Part shown: positions 39,227-50,351 of the stretch, piece after piece
How the letters are laid out: each line of letters opens with the position of its first letter
Position numbering within the stretch: position 1 is the stretch's first letter
Source of the DNA: Epithemia pelagica
Lineage: Eukaryota; Protista; Bacillariophyta
Direction of reading: 5' to 3'
DNA length: 64,000 nt
NCBI GenBank assembly: GCA_946965045.2
Contig: OX337242.1
Location: forward strand, 1,488,001 to 1,552,000
Program-made: the position numbers and the translations under genes
Notes under the pieces: model-generated
What the model was told of the DNA's origin: nothing
The model's database searches: none
What the model saw: the letters and a program-made list of their open reading frames with translations, nothing else

Positions 39227-40411
39227 ATGAAACGCTCTTCCAAGATCAACAGAATTAAGTCACAGAGTCGATGTCAAAGGGTCAGCAATAAGTCGAAACA
39301 TCTTAGTCCTATTGCTGAAGATATGCCTTTGACAACGCCGCGGAACTCTGTCCGAGAAAACCCCTCATCTCCCGAACTCATGGACCAAGATTCCATCCGT
39401 GATCCTCATGACCCGAGGCTCAATGTGACTGGAGACTCTGAAACTTCCGGATGTGTTGTGGGGAATGGTTTCATGTGCGTTGCAACAGGACTCTCGGAAC
39501 TACACGATCCAAAGGAAAAGGAGAACAGAGGGTACGCGTCTCTGAATCCGTGGAACAGGACGTCCGTAGGAAAGCAAACCTATATCTTTTCATGCGACAA
39601 ACCGACGGATGTGAAAGCGAGTACACCAACAATATATGAGAATGAAGTGCTTCATGCCCACTCGAAACCATTCAACCCAGGTTCCTCAGATGACAGTCCC
39701 CCTTCGATTCTCCCAGCCGTATCATCCATCTCAACATCTTCAACCTCCACATCATCCAGTTCTGTTTCTTCGTCCTCATTATCGGAGGAATCATCTACTT
39801 TGTGTCGCCAGGCAAGTGTTTCATCACATTCCTCGACTCCTTCAACCGCTACATCGGATCTGTCTTCGTCGTCTTCTTTAAGTGAAGTCTCTCATAAGCA
39901 CAACGGACGTACAGTTTTAATAACTAAGAAGGATCAGCTTCTCCGGAGAAACAACAAATCGTCTAGAGCAAAGGACCGAATCAATATTTCGAATGAAGAG
40001 GACGACGACGAAGATTCTTTTTCTGCTGGATCAGTTCTTGAAATCACTGGCAAGTACTCATCTGCTGGTAGAGCCGGGTCAAATGGAGACCAAAGTTTGG
40101 CGAAGGAACCCATTCTTCGTCGGATACAGAACTCCACAGCTTATCGTAAAATGGTGGAGCCTGATGATAGTGACTGCTCGAGGAGCCTGAGCCTTTTCAC
40201 AAACAGCAGCGATGACGAGGATTCCGAAGAGGGAATTGAGGCATGTCAGTACATGGAAGAAACATCCGCAGCATTGCTGGCGAGAGGAGCGGCGTATTGG
40301 TCGGAGGCAGAAACAACGTCAAAAAAGGGCAAGAAGAACCAGCGCAGGATTTTAATGAAGCGCTTAACAAACATTCTTTCCAAGAAGAAGAGGAAGGAGA
40401 ACGTGAACTGA
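39227..40411 (+). CDS. Unknown Ser-rich low-complexity protein (394 aa)
   Basis: Long ATG ORF with basic C-terminus. Confidence 0.65.
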   Translation: MKRSSKINRIKSQSRCQRVSNKSKHLSPIAEDMPLTTPRNSVRENPSSPELMDQDSIRDPHDPRLNVTGDSETSGCVVGNGFMCVATGLSELHDPKEKENRGYASLNPWNRTSVGKQTYIFSCDKPTDVKASTPTIYENEVLHAHSKPFNPGSSDDSPPSILPAVSSISTSSTSTSSSSVSSSSLSEESSTLCRQASVSSHSSTPSTATSDLSSSSSLSEVSHKHNGRTVLITKKDQLLRRNNKSSRAKDRINISNEEDDDEDSFSAGSVLEITGKYSSAGRAGSNGDQSLAKEPILRRIQNSTAYRKMVEPDDSDCSRSLSLFTNSSDDEDSEEGIEACQYMEETSAALLARGAAYWSEAETTSKKGKKNQRRILMKRLTNILSKKKRKENVN

Positions 40412-40811
40412 ATCGCTTACCCTAAGACCCTAAGATTGGGAAAGGATGCTTCTATGGAATGGATAAATGTGTGTTCGAGACAAGAGTGTGAAACATCTAA
40501 TCAAGAGCGACACCGTTCTTTTTTAACGGCATTCAGAATGAATGAAAGTGAATAAAATTTCCCGATTAGCTTCATCGTTTCAATCACTGGACCAACTACA
40601 GACAGATACAAGCAAGAGTAATGCGTTTGCTAGAATTGCTTTGGTGGCTCTATCATCATTTCGTGGGCGGTGTGTCCAATATGAGTAGCACGGTCTGAAA
40701 GGCTTTGGGAAAAGATGGCCCTTTCGCAAGAGTGGAAGCCTTGCGACTTCGGACCGTCCATTTGCATGATAGAGAGAAACAAAAATATTGAAAAATCGGA
40801 TCCTGAAGCTT

Positions 40812-41489
40812 CTACATTGATTTTTCAATGCTGTCTTTCAAGGATGGACTAACACCACTCGGTCCAAGGTACACATCTAGTAGACCTTGATACAGATCCT
40901 TGTCCCGCACTTCACACAAAAAGCTTCCTCGACCCGTCACAAAAACTCGATCCGGCGCTTTCCATTCCAGCGTCATGCTTTCCCCCTTTCGAAACTTTTC
41001 TCCAGGACCGCCGAGGCCTGTTAATATCATGTTGGCAAAGTCGTCCTTGGTATCCTGTCCGACACCTTGCACATTGGAGAGCGCCTCGGCCATTTTCTCG
41101 GCACCTACACCCATGTTGAATCGCAGCAAAGCTGCCTTGGCACCTTTGGATCCCAAGAGTGTTGCACATTTCCCACTGCTCTGGTTGTTGACTTCTTTGA
41201 GAACCTTGTCATCGCCGTAAAAGCCCACGGAATAAACATTGAGAATTGCCTTTTTGCGGGTTCCCACTCCCAAGAGTTTGAGGTATTTCTTTCCAGCTAA
41301 CGCTGGCAAGAAGCGCTCTTGTCGAGCAAAGGCAAATCCAGTGGATGGATCCGTTTGGTACAAGGCCGCATCGTCAAGATTCTTGTCGGGGGACGGGGTT
41401 GGCACTGTAATCGAGGCGAGCAGAAAAACAAATACCGTCGTTATCAACAACGTTAGCGGAGAGGAATGAAACTCCTTCTTTTCCTCCAT
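40812..41489 (-). CDS. Chalcone-isomerase-like (CHI-fold/FAP) protein with N-terminal hydrophobic segment
   Basis: LKLLGVGTRKKAILNVYSVGFY, LLRFNMGVGAEKMAEAL, FRKGESMTLEW, LLDVYLGPSGVSPSLKDSI. Start placed at MEEKKEF; the ORF track begins at 41627. Confidence 0.85.
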   Translation of the reverse strand: MEEKKEFHSSPLTLLITTVFVFLLASITVPTPSPDKNLDDAALYQTDPSTGFAFARQERFLPALAGKKYLKLLGVGTRKKAILNVYSVGFYGDDKVLKEVNNQSSGKCATLLGSKGAKAALLRFNMGVGAEKMAEALSNVQGVGQDTKDDFANMILTGLGGPGEKFRKGESMTLEWKAPDRVFVTGRGSFLCEVRDKDLYQGLLDVYLGPSGVSPSLKDSIEKSM

Positions 41490-41807
41490 AATGAAGTAGA
41501 TATAGTTATTCAAGCTAGAATTGCAGGAATCGCCAGGAGCAGGGCGCTGCAAGAGTGGGACGGGATGCAATGACGAGAGACTGTTGTATGTTGTTGTTTG
41601 ATTCGTCGTCATTGAACTCCAAACCAAAGAGAACCGTCATCAGCAATCTCCCCCATTCAGAGGTGCGCTGGGGGACCATGGTGTGCACGCGTGGAAAGGT
41701 GCTCGCCATGCGCGTTCGGTTCGCGCCCTGCATCCATCATTTTCGTTCAAGTCATAGAACCATGGCGTTGAAGCTGTGTTCTAGCATCCTCATCCACGCA
41801 AGGAACT

Positions 41808-44594
41808 ATGGATGACATGGAAAATGTTCATGAATGGGAGGAACGAGTGAAAAAGATTGTTCAGGGCGATGTCAAGCTGATTTTGACGCGCAGTTTGGAC
41901 GAATTACCAGACCTCCACAAACACAAAAAGCCATTGAAAAAGGCAGCTCATCGACTGCTCGGACACACGGAGCATTGCATTCGCACTCATTTGCAGAAAA
42001 CTGCATCCTTACGAGTCGGATTGAACGTTCTGAAAGAAGTGACCTGGCCATCCATTTGGAAGGAGCTCCAGGATTCCCCGTCCAAGACGAATGGCTTGGA
42101 GGACCGTGCACCAGCATTGCTTCAGCATTTCTTTTTGAATTTGCTCCGGTTGCACGATGGGTTGATCTTGTTGGCATCTGGAGAATGCCGTCACGAAGGA
42201 GATATCAAGGAAGCACGGGGATCCAAGTTTCCGAGTCGGCTGGGACAAAATACAGCTGTGTACAATGCACACTTGACCTATAGTGGTGCTTCGTGGGACG
42301 AATGGAATGATCCTAGTGTTGGACTTAAATCACAATGGAAGAAATTGATTTCCAAGCTAATCACTCAAAGTAGTAATGCTCAAAAACGAAATCAAAGGAA
42401 GATCCTTCCACTACTGGTACCATTGTTAAACGCCATGGACACCGCCGCCGTCCAAGAAGACTTTTCCTCGCTTGTAAACAAACAAGTGGTACCAATGTTG
42501 AAGATGAGATTTTCTCAAGTCAGGGTATCAATGGTGGACAAAATGGAAGAATTACGACTTTTGCTCGGTGACTCAAGAACAATTCACTTGCAACGAAGGG
42601 GGAAACAGTTGCAGATCCGAGATCCCCAAGGTGTCCTGCCCGTTCCAACCGAAGGGAGCCAGTCGCTTCGCGACCAATGGCTGACTATCTTGAAGATTCC
42701 ATCTAGTGTTGATAGACCGAAGCATGCCACTGTGAACAGAAACGTTGCCCCTGTCCAGCGACAAAAGAGACGGCGTATCATTGAAGATGACGACGATGAT
42801 GAAAACGAGGATCCAGTCGCCAACTCGAAAGACTCCAAGAAGACGAATCCTCCACCGCACAAAGATGCTCAAAAGGCAACAGATGGAGAGGGTCTGGTTG
42901 TGACCATAAAAACTGCCGAAGCAACGCTCTCGACTCCAAACAAGGTAAGCACCTCGTTGGATTCCATCAAACAACGCATGGGAGTCAGCGCAGACGCTCT
43001 GGCCGAGTCGCATGAGACCTTCCAAGCAGAAGCAGTGGCTACAATGAACTCGTCTGAACATCACAACGAAAGCCAAGAGGATGTAGAGTCCGTTTCAAAA
43101 GATCAAGCCGAGAAACGTGTCCAGCATCTTCGTAAGAGTCTCAAACGAAAACGCCAGAATCAACCAAAGGGGTCGAACTTTGAGATGTCATCCACGGAAC
43201 GCTTATCCTCTAATGATTATCTATTGGAGCTTTGGGATACCCAGGAACTCTTGCGAGAAGCACTAATGACAGCTGGGAATGCTTTGTTGTGGTCCAAGAA
43301 TATTCGGGAGTTGAAGAGGGCCCAAAACTATTTTGAAGAAGCTACCAAACTTGTTCTTCAAGACCAAGCAAGCCTACTCACGTCCATGGCTACACGTGAG
43401 CCTACGCCACTTGTTCTAGAAGAAGAATCACGCTCCTACCAACGTGCTTTGATGCTCTTTGCGGGTCGAGCTGAGGTCAATAATGGTATCGTCCAGATCA
43501 ATCTGTGGCATCTCGACCGAAGGAGCGGAGCCGGTGGAAAAAATGCTTCTCATGTATTGACTCATGCAAATGGCGCCTTGAATTCGGGTAAGTTAAGAGC
43601 TCAGCAAATGAGGAAACAAGCTCATATTGATCTGCTTCAAGGGTCACAAGAAGATGCTTTGTTTGATGAAATCAGAGCGTTGGAATTGGAGTCACTTGCC
43701 ATCCGATGGCAAGCTACTTGCCTGTGGTACCAGGGTGTACACAAATCGAGCTGGGAAGCTTTCAAAACTGCTGCGTCACTTTTGGAAGAAATCGGGAAAG
43801 GCTCTGCCGGAAGCAGTGAGCAACGTGATCCAGATTCAATACGATCAGAACTCCAGCTGTGCACTGAGTGCTACTACAGTTGGATGACTGCCTTTGACCT
43901 GGGATCAACTGAACTTGTGGAACTCAGTGCGGCCAAACTCCAAGAGAATGAAGATGAGGCATCCTGGCTACTTGAAACATGTCAAAATGCACTGTTTCAG
44001 GCCTCTCAGGCAAGCCACGACTTGGACGAACGACTCAGGACAAAAGTACCTTTATCGATGAATCTTGAGGGCGCCAGTTTCATGACTAGTTATGATGTGC
44101 TTTCAAGTGAAGAAATTCTGTCAATCAAGAACGACTTCTCCCAGTGGTGGAAGGATAAGCAGACGTGTTTGCGCCAGTCACTGAGAAGAGCAACAGTCCG
44201 CGACAAAGATGTTTTGTTTTCTTCCACTACCGTTTCTTCGGGAAACCATCCCAAGACAACACAGAGATTTACCGTAGCTGCGGACCCGTCGACATGGCGC
44301 CGTCGCCGGAACAAGTCACGGCGAAATATCGATGCAGTTGGATCCAATTACAACAACGTCAGGGTATCGAGCAATGAGGAAAATAGTAGTTGCCCTGCGA
44401 CAGACTTTGTGCGAGCTCAACCGGTGGCGAAGTACCGCAAATGGGGTGATGAGCTACTGCCCCAAACTATTGACCCTCATACAGGAGCGACAGTACCGAT
44501 TCTGCAGTATCCTTCCATTCCTCCCGAAATGCCACCAGAAGTGGCCGCCATTGCCCGACGGATTGGACATCCATTGGCACCCAGACTCGTGTGA
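41808..44594 (+). CDS. Unknown 928-aa largely helical protein
   Basis: Long ORF; helical repeat-like middle; C-terminal KYRKWGDELLP...QYPSIPPEMP motif. Confidence 0.8.
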   Translation: MDDMENVHEWEERVKKIVQGDVKLILTRSLDELPDLHKHKKPLKKAAHRLLGHTEHCIRTHLQKTASLRVGLNVLKEVTWPSIWKELQDSPSKTNGLEDRAPALLQHFFLNLLRLHDGLILLASGECRHEGDIKEARGSKFPSRLGQNTAVYNAHLTYSGASWDEWNDPSVGLKSQWKKLISKLITQSSNAQKRNQRKILPLLVPLLNAMDTAAVQEDFSSLVNKQVVPMLKMRFSQVRVSMVDKMEELRLLLGDSRTIHLQRRGKQLQIRDPQGVLPVPTEGSQSLRDQWLTILKIPSSVDRPKHATVNRNVAPVQRQKRRRIIEDDDDDENEDPVANSKDSKKTNPPPHKDAQKATDGEGLVVTIKTAEATLSTPNKVSTSLDSIKQRMGVSADALAESHETFQAEAVATMNSSEHHNESQEDVESVSKDQAEKRVQHLRKSLKRKRQNQPKGSNFEMSSTERLSSNDYLLELWDTQELLREALMTAGNALLWSKNIRELKRAQNYFEEATKLVLQDQASLLTSMATREPTPLVLEEESRSYQRALMLFAGRAEVNNGIVQINLWHLDRRSGAGGKNASHVLTHANGALNSGKLRAQQMRKQAHIDLLQGSQEDALFDEIRALELESLAIRWQATCLWYQGVHKSSWEAFKTAASLLEEIGKGSAGSSEQRDPDSIRSELQLCTECYYSWMTAFDLGSTELVELSAAKLQENEDEASWLLETCQNALFQASQASHDLDERLRTKVPLSMNLEGASFMTSYDVLSSEEILSIKNDFSQWWKDKQTCLRQSLRRATVRDKDVLFSSTTVSSGNHPKTTQRFTVAADPSTWRRRRNKSRRNIDAVGSNYNNVRVSSNEENSSCPATDFVRAQPVAKYRKWGDELLPQTIDPHTGATVPILQYPSIPPEMPPEVAAIARRIGHPLAPRLV

Positions 44595-45139
44595 TACGGA
44601 GAAAGTCGTAGGATTTCGAGGACCACAGTTCTCGCGTCGTCAAACACATTGACCAGTTTGCGTTTTGTTCAAACCGAAAGAGAATCTTCAAGAGCTTTCG
44701 GCTGACCAGAAGATCTTTCATGTGCAACAATTTTGAAACTAGCCACAAAGAGTTGTTCGTTTTTTACGTATTGGGCATCATGTAGACGGAAATTAGAGTC
44801 ATTTTGTCTTTCTATTTACTCATAAAAGGAGCACCTTCTGTAAACATGACTCCAAATAGGCCGACGGAAAGGAGCGTCATTCCTAGGAGCCGAATGCAAC
44901 TCCAAATGACAAGAGGTTACATCCGGAATCCGGACGTAGCCTCCATAGCTATATCCAGCCAAACGCGCAACGTGTAAACATCTCACAATCACTAACACCA
45001 TACTGTCCCCAAACTGAAAACAACTGGCAACACATCCTTATACATTCATTTCCCTTGAATTGAAAACTTCACGGGATCATAGGGGCAGTCGAAAGGCAAG
45101 AAACGTATCTCGTTGTAAGGACGATCACATTCCTTCATC

Positions 45140-46228
45140 ATGCCGTCGAAAAAGGGTGGCGATCAGGCCTCCAAAAAAGCTGTTCAGAAGAAGAAGCAAC
45201 AAATTGTCGAAGACAAAACCTTTGGCTTGAAAAACAAGAACAAGTCGAAAAAAGTTCAACAACAAGTAGCATCTATCACGAAAAATGTCATGAACTCTGG
45301 TGATCCAAAGATGCGAAAATTGGAAGAAGAGCGGGCGAAGGCAAAGGCCGAACGAAAAGCACGCGCAAAAGCGGCAAAAGAGGAACAAGAGGCATTGTTT
45401 GGTGCTGCTCTTATGGCTGTCCAAAAGAAGTCTACTTTGAATAAGAAAGACGGGAAAATTGAAGCACAGGGACGTGATGCCAACGATGGGGCGGACAACA
45501 AGAAGAATACAAGTAGAGCCATGAAGATGATGTATCAAATGGACGCTCAGGAAATGAGTGACAAATTGAAAGAAGATGTACGTGAGGATTGCGATTGGGT
45601 TCAATGTGGTTCTTCTCTTGGGGTACCAGCTTACGAATTCTTCTTCTGTACTTGCTCTTTGATCAACGTTTGTATCGGTTTTTGCTTGGCTTTCACCAAA
45701 TATCGATTTCTGTCGCTACCCAATCCACCACTGGACAATATCCGATAGCCAAACTATGTGCCAACTTTAGAGGATGAGATTGAAGAACAACGACAAAAAA
45801 TGGTAGCACAACTGAAAGCTTCGGGTAAGCCGGGAACAAAAGTGACTCCAGAGTCCTTTGCGGTTTGGCAGGAAGCTAAACGAAAAAAGCGCCAGGAAGA
45901 AGCCAAAAAGAAGGTGGAAGCCGAAATGAAAAAGAAAAAGGGCGGCAAAGGACTTTCTGTTCTCTCAGGTCGGGATCTATTTGAATATAAGCGTGACTTG
46001 TTCAAAGATCGTGACGACGATGATGATGGTGGAATTTTAGATGTTAATCAACCAGGTGCGTCAACGGCACCAGCGGTTTCAGCAAAGGCTTCACCCCAAA
46101 ACGGGAAAGCAATCAATGATAGTCAACAGGAAAACGGAGGTGTTGAGAAGGTTGCGGCACAAGTTCAATCCGATTTATTCTTGGAAGGAGATGACGATGA
46201 TTTAGATGACATCGAAGACGACGAATAG
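45140..46228 (+). CDS. ZC3H15/Tma46 (DFRP1)-like protein, 2 exons (intron 45578-45748), about 305 aa
   Basis: IVEDKTFGLKNKNKSKKVQ N-terminus; TLEDEIEEQR..TKVTPESFAVW..LSGRDLF DFRP domain; GTACGT..GATAG intron restores frame (KED|PNYVPT). Confidence 0.9.
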
Positions 46229-46504
46229 ATTCAAAGAAATATTCGCGCTTTTGATCTTGTGTTGCATGAGACTGCGCAGCCAGATGGTGGCTGTTTTCGA
46301 CAAGACCTGGGTATATCACAGGAGAAAATTGCATCCACGAGATTCTCTCTCGAGCAACAAAAGAGCACCGTCAACGACCGGCGTGTTTCTGTTCTAAGAT
46401 TGGGACTACCACCTAGGATAATACAGTATCGTCTGTTCCTCGCCGCAAGCATCTAGCCAGTAAGATTATAAACGCAGTCTCAGGCGCTATTGCTACTGCT
46501 TCAT

Positions 46505-47215
46505 TCATTTTTCAATGTAGGTTTCGTCTTCTTCCAAACCTGGATGAATTTTATCCCAGCCCGCGCGACGTTTTGCTTCACTATCCTTTTTGCCATCTGG
46601 CTCGGCGGCATTCATATCCCCATCCGCAGCAGCAAGTCGACGTTCGAGAGCATCCAACTTCTCTGGCGCAAATTCACCTGCTGCAGCTCGTTCATGCAAT
46701 TCAGTCACAACTTCCTCAATCTGGAGCGTCAACTCAGCGCGAGTCCACGGATTTTCTGGCTTGCGAACAGTGAAATCATACCACGAGGGAATGTACTTGG
46801 CTCGGAATTCATCATCTCTCGCAATTTTACGTCCCAGCATGGGCATGTAGAGGAATGTGACAAAAAATACACTTGCCGCGGCCAAATAAAACTTGTTGAA
46901 ACCTTCTTCTCTTTTCTTCAATAACCCTTTCCGTAGTTTCTCCCGAGCATGATGATATTTCTCCATTTCGCTATTCGCTTTCATCAAGTACTCCATGCGT
47001 TCTTGATCACTTTTGAATTTCATTTTCGTAGCGGTGTTGCCAGACGATGAAGGCGAAGCGTTTTTGCTTGAGCTATGGCGCACTGACAACGTCGCGGGGA
47101 ATCTTGACCGCGGCGATGATTTCAGGTAGCATTCATATCGTTCGTTCCTAAACAAGGGACCCTTCATCAATGGCCTCCGGAGGAGGACGGAACGAAATCC
47201 ATGTAGTGACGACAT
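46505..47215 (-). CDS. Probable mitochondrial single-pass membrane protein, unknown function
   Basis: Arg/Ser-rich presequence-like N-terminus; one TM segment (FYLAAASVFFVTFLYMPMLG). Confidence 0.7.
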   Translation of the reverse strand: MSSLHGFRSVLLRRPLMKGPLFRNERYECYLKSSPRSRFPATLSVRHSSSKNASPSSSGNTATKMKFKSDQERMEYLMKANSEMEKYHHAREKLRKGLLKKREEGFNKFYLAAASVFFVTFLYMPMLGRKIARDDEFRAKYIPSWYDFTVRKPENPWTRAELTLQIEEVVTELHERAAAGEFAPEKLDALERRLAAADGDMNAAEPDGKKDSEAKRRAGWDKIHPGLEEDETYIEK

Positions 47216-47578
47216 TGTCCATTCAACTTAGGATTGTATAGGGTTCCACCAATTTTCTTTGTTGATGTGTGATCTGTTATGTTGTGCTGGTCGTTTCTGC
47301 AAAAATCTAACCTAAACAGGAAAGCAGGAGAGGTAATTCTCATCATAGCTTAGATCCAGACTTTATCACGACCTATGATTCTCGAATATCAGAGAACGAA
47401 AAGTTTCAAACTGGTCACACTATAGGCCGTTTCATCGTCTTGCTAGAGGGAATAGAGATTGACTTTACAAGAACTAAGAACTTGTTTGACAAAAGTTGAG
47501 CGGCGAGAGATGGGATGGGTTTTAGCAGGAGAGAACTTCGTCCAAAGAGTGAAGTCCCTGGTTTCGTGAGCTTCGTCA

Positions 47579-48433
47579 CTATGCGTCATGTGTTTTCTTT
47601 GGTGATAGTGTTACAAAAGGTGGAAGTGAGCTGATCACCGCTATATGAAGCCAAATGTCATACCAGAAATGGCCACCAATGGCTTGATAGAATGTCTGGC
47701 ACTGGGTCAACTCGGCAATTCCCGTGAGTGTGGCCAGTAGAAACAGCCAACCCAGGGTTTTAGCAAAGAGTGGCGATTTCGTGAACAGGCCAGTGAAGCA
47801 ACTCAGAGGATGCGTTATGGCAAACAAGCCAGGCAAAATCCATTCCGTTCCCATACCCAAAGTAAGAACGGTAAGGACAGCTGCAAACCCAGCACTCAAA
47901 CTGACAACAGTTTGTAAAATGAGTTGACCCGTTTGTACAAACCCAAGGAATAGAATGAGCAGACAAAGTGCAAAGGTAAAAGCAGCGTAGAACACATGAC
48001 CAATGACCTGACTCCACCCATTTATCTCATTCTCTGGCTTATAGCAATCCAGACCAAGGTACAAGAATAAGTGAAGGAGACCATGGGCCAGAATAATGAA
48101 GCCAATGCCAACATAGTTGAGAGCAGTGATACCAATAGATTTAGCCTTTTCTTTTAGCTCCGGATGTCCCATGACAAAGACATAGAGTCCAACGACAACG
48201 AGAGTCATAACACAGTCGATATAGAATGCATACATGTGTGAGTTGTTAGGTTGATGGTCACATCCATTTGTATTTGTTGGGTCGGGGTGGGGAAGATTGG
48301 GACTGCTCCAAACGCAAAATCCAAACAATAAGCCTTCGGCAGAATTAGTAGTGGCTTTGTATAGGAACAAGGCAAGATACAAGACCGCAAAAACCGAGCC
48401 AACCATCCAGGAAGTGGAAAACATGATTCCCAC
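47579..48433 (-). CDS. Multi-pass (about 7-8 TM) membrane protein with several His motifs
   Basis: 284-aa hydrophobic ORF; HMYAF, AHGLLH, GGHFWYD. Confidence 0.75.
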   Translation of the reverse strand: MGIMFSTSWMVGSVFAVLYLALFLYKATTNSAEGLLFGFCVWSSPNLPHPDPTNTNGCDHQPNNSHMYAFYIDCVMTLVVVGLYVFVMGHPELKEKAKSIGITALNYVGIGFIILAHGLLHLFLYLGLDCYKPENEINGWSQVIGHVFYAAFTFALCLLILFLGFVQTGQLILQTVVSLSAGFAAVLTVLTLGMGTEWILPGLFAITHPLSCFTGLFTKSPLFAKTLGWLFLLATLTGIAELTQCQTFYQAIGGHFWYDIWLHIAVISSLPPFVTLSPKKTHDA

Positions 48434-49607
48434 ACACCCAGAGGTTTCAATAGAAAGTCCAGCTTATCGAAGAATCGACGTGATCCTTGAATGATTGTTG
48501 AGTGTAATAGGAGTAAGAGTAAGATATAAGATGGATCTTCTCTAGGTAGTCATGTTTTCGGAGAGAGGTGAAAAAGGTGTGATTCGGGGTGTGGTTCGGG
48601 GTGTGGTTTCCGGGTTCCAAGGTGAGATTCAAGATAGCTATCTTAGAAAGTTAGCCTAGTTTTTACCATCTTAGCCGTCCATTCAATAAATAATTCACGA
48701 GAAATATTATTGCCTTTATTGCCCCATTTACTATAGAGACATTCAGTAGGTAAAAAGGTGTGATTCGGGATATCCTTATCCTTAATAATTTACTGAATCA
48801 CACCTTTTTCACCTCCAGCCCATCAAATGGTGAAAAAGGTGTGGTTCGGGGTGTGATTCGGGGTGTGATTCGGAGAAATAGTTCTCCTCTACAACAACTC
48901 ATTACACTAATATAGTAATCCCTAGCGATATTCTACAAGATAGCGATAGTACAATATTCGGCGATTAGCGAGGATCGTACAAGCTGAGTTCAGACAGAAT
49001 GTTCCTGACGTAGCGCTCCAGTAGGAAATCTACGTAATCCGCGCGAGCCATCCCCTTAATATAGCCCTTCTATTTATGCCTCTACCGTTCTACCAAAAAT
49101 TGACCATGGTGAACGGTCCTTTTGACCGATCTCTTGCCAAATAGGAGACGGCTCCATGATCCCATGCTCTGAACCTCTTCTCCATTCATGGGTTGAGCAT
49201 GGAGAACGATGTCGGCGCTGCATTCGTTTTGTAGGTGTCGTTTTATCTAGTTGAAGGTGGTCGCCGCGCGATTTACTACGGCGACTCACGGCAAAACTTG
49301 GTGCAACCAATGCACCTCTATTGTAGAATCGAATGATAGAAGATAGAACAAAGACTATGAACACTTGTAGCGTTGTTCACGTCAAAAATTGATATTCTTC
49401 TCGTTAGATATATGGAACTTAGACTAGAAGTTGCGTCGTTCACAACAAAGATTGATGTTCTTTTCTTTGTTGTGACTCACACAGCCGTACCTGAACGCAA
49501 TGTATTGTACGGTAAACGTAACACAACTATAGAATTAGATCGTATTCATAGAGAATGAAGATCCTACTCAAATGATAATCATAAAACGCTGCTACATTGT
49601 TCACTAT

Positions 49608-50180
49608 CTAGGCTTGTTGATGATTAAAGAAGAGATTTTGAAGCGGGTGCTTGAGCATCATCGCACCAAGCGAAATGTTGAAGCGATCCATATCCTTGCT
49701 GCCCATGTAGATTGTAACGACCTGGGGTTCCATGCAGGCTTTAGGGTTGATGGAGCAGCGTGTGTAGAGGCGGATGCGTCCCATGGGAGGTCCGTTCTTG
49801 CTCGTCTTTCCAGAGACCTGGTCCAGGTGCGACAGAGCAATGAACCCAACTGGAACAACCAACGCTGGTTCCTCATGCTCGCTTGTTGCATCCCGGTCAA
49901 AGACTGCAATCCGTAGGTAGTCGGTCGCAAGCTCCCGCTGCACAAGCAGATGGCCACGGTCGACGATGTTGTGGCCAGTGTCCTTGTTTCTCGACATGGG
50001 CCCGATGAGCGCGCAAACATCGCTGGCATAAAAGCACGACTTGAACGGGAGACCAGCACCACCCTCACGGCCATCCTCTTCGTTGAACTCGAACTTCGTC
50101 CTCATGTTGGTCATCTTGTTTCTTCTTCCTTGCCTCTTCCTGTCGTCTCTGTTTGATTGTTCCATTGCACGGCGGGTCAT
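49608..50180 (-). CDS. Unknown 190-aa protein inside the TIR element
   Basis: ATG ORF divergent from the protease gene; beta-rich globular-looking C-terminal part. Confidence 0.55.
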   Translation of the reverse strand: MTRRAMEQSNRDDRKRQGRRNKMTNMRTKFEFNEEDGREGGAGLPFKSCFYASDVCALIGPMSRNKDTGHNIVDRGHLLVQRELATDYLRIAVFDRDATSEHEEPALVVPVGFIALSHLDQVSGKTSKNGPPMGRIRLYTRCSINPKACMEPQVVTIYMGSKDMDRFNISLGAMMLKHPLQNLFFNHQQA

Positions 50181-50351
50181 TCGGAAGTTGCTTCATGCTG
50201 CAAGTTGATTTTGTGGCGCGCGCCGATATTGTTCACGAATGAGCGCGGGGGGATTCCCTAGATGACACAAGAACGGAGAGCGGGCAACAATCAAACAAAC
50301 AAACACAACAATCAAACGAACGAATCCCTATTGTGTTCTCACTTTCCAACG

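Noticed and set aside
45578-45748. Cys-rich in-frame read-through of the ZC3H15-like intron as a hidden zinc finger
   Set aside because: Spacing does not fit CCCH, it ends in the acceptor TAG, and splice signals are canonical.
49371-49463. Imperfect 30-bp direct repeat inside the TIR element, considered as a transposase remnant
   Set aside because: No open frame or DDE motif is recoverable in 49050-49600.
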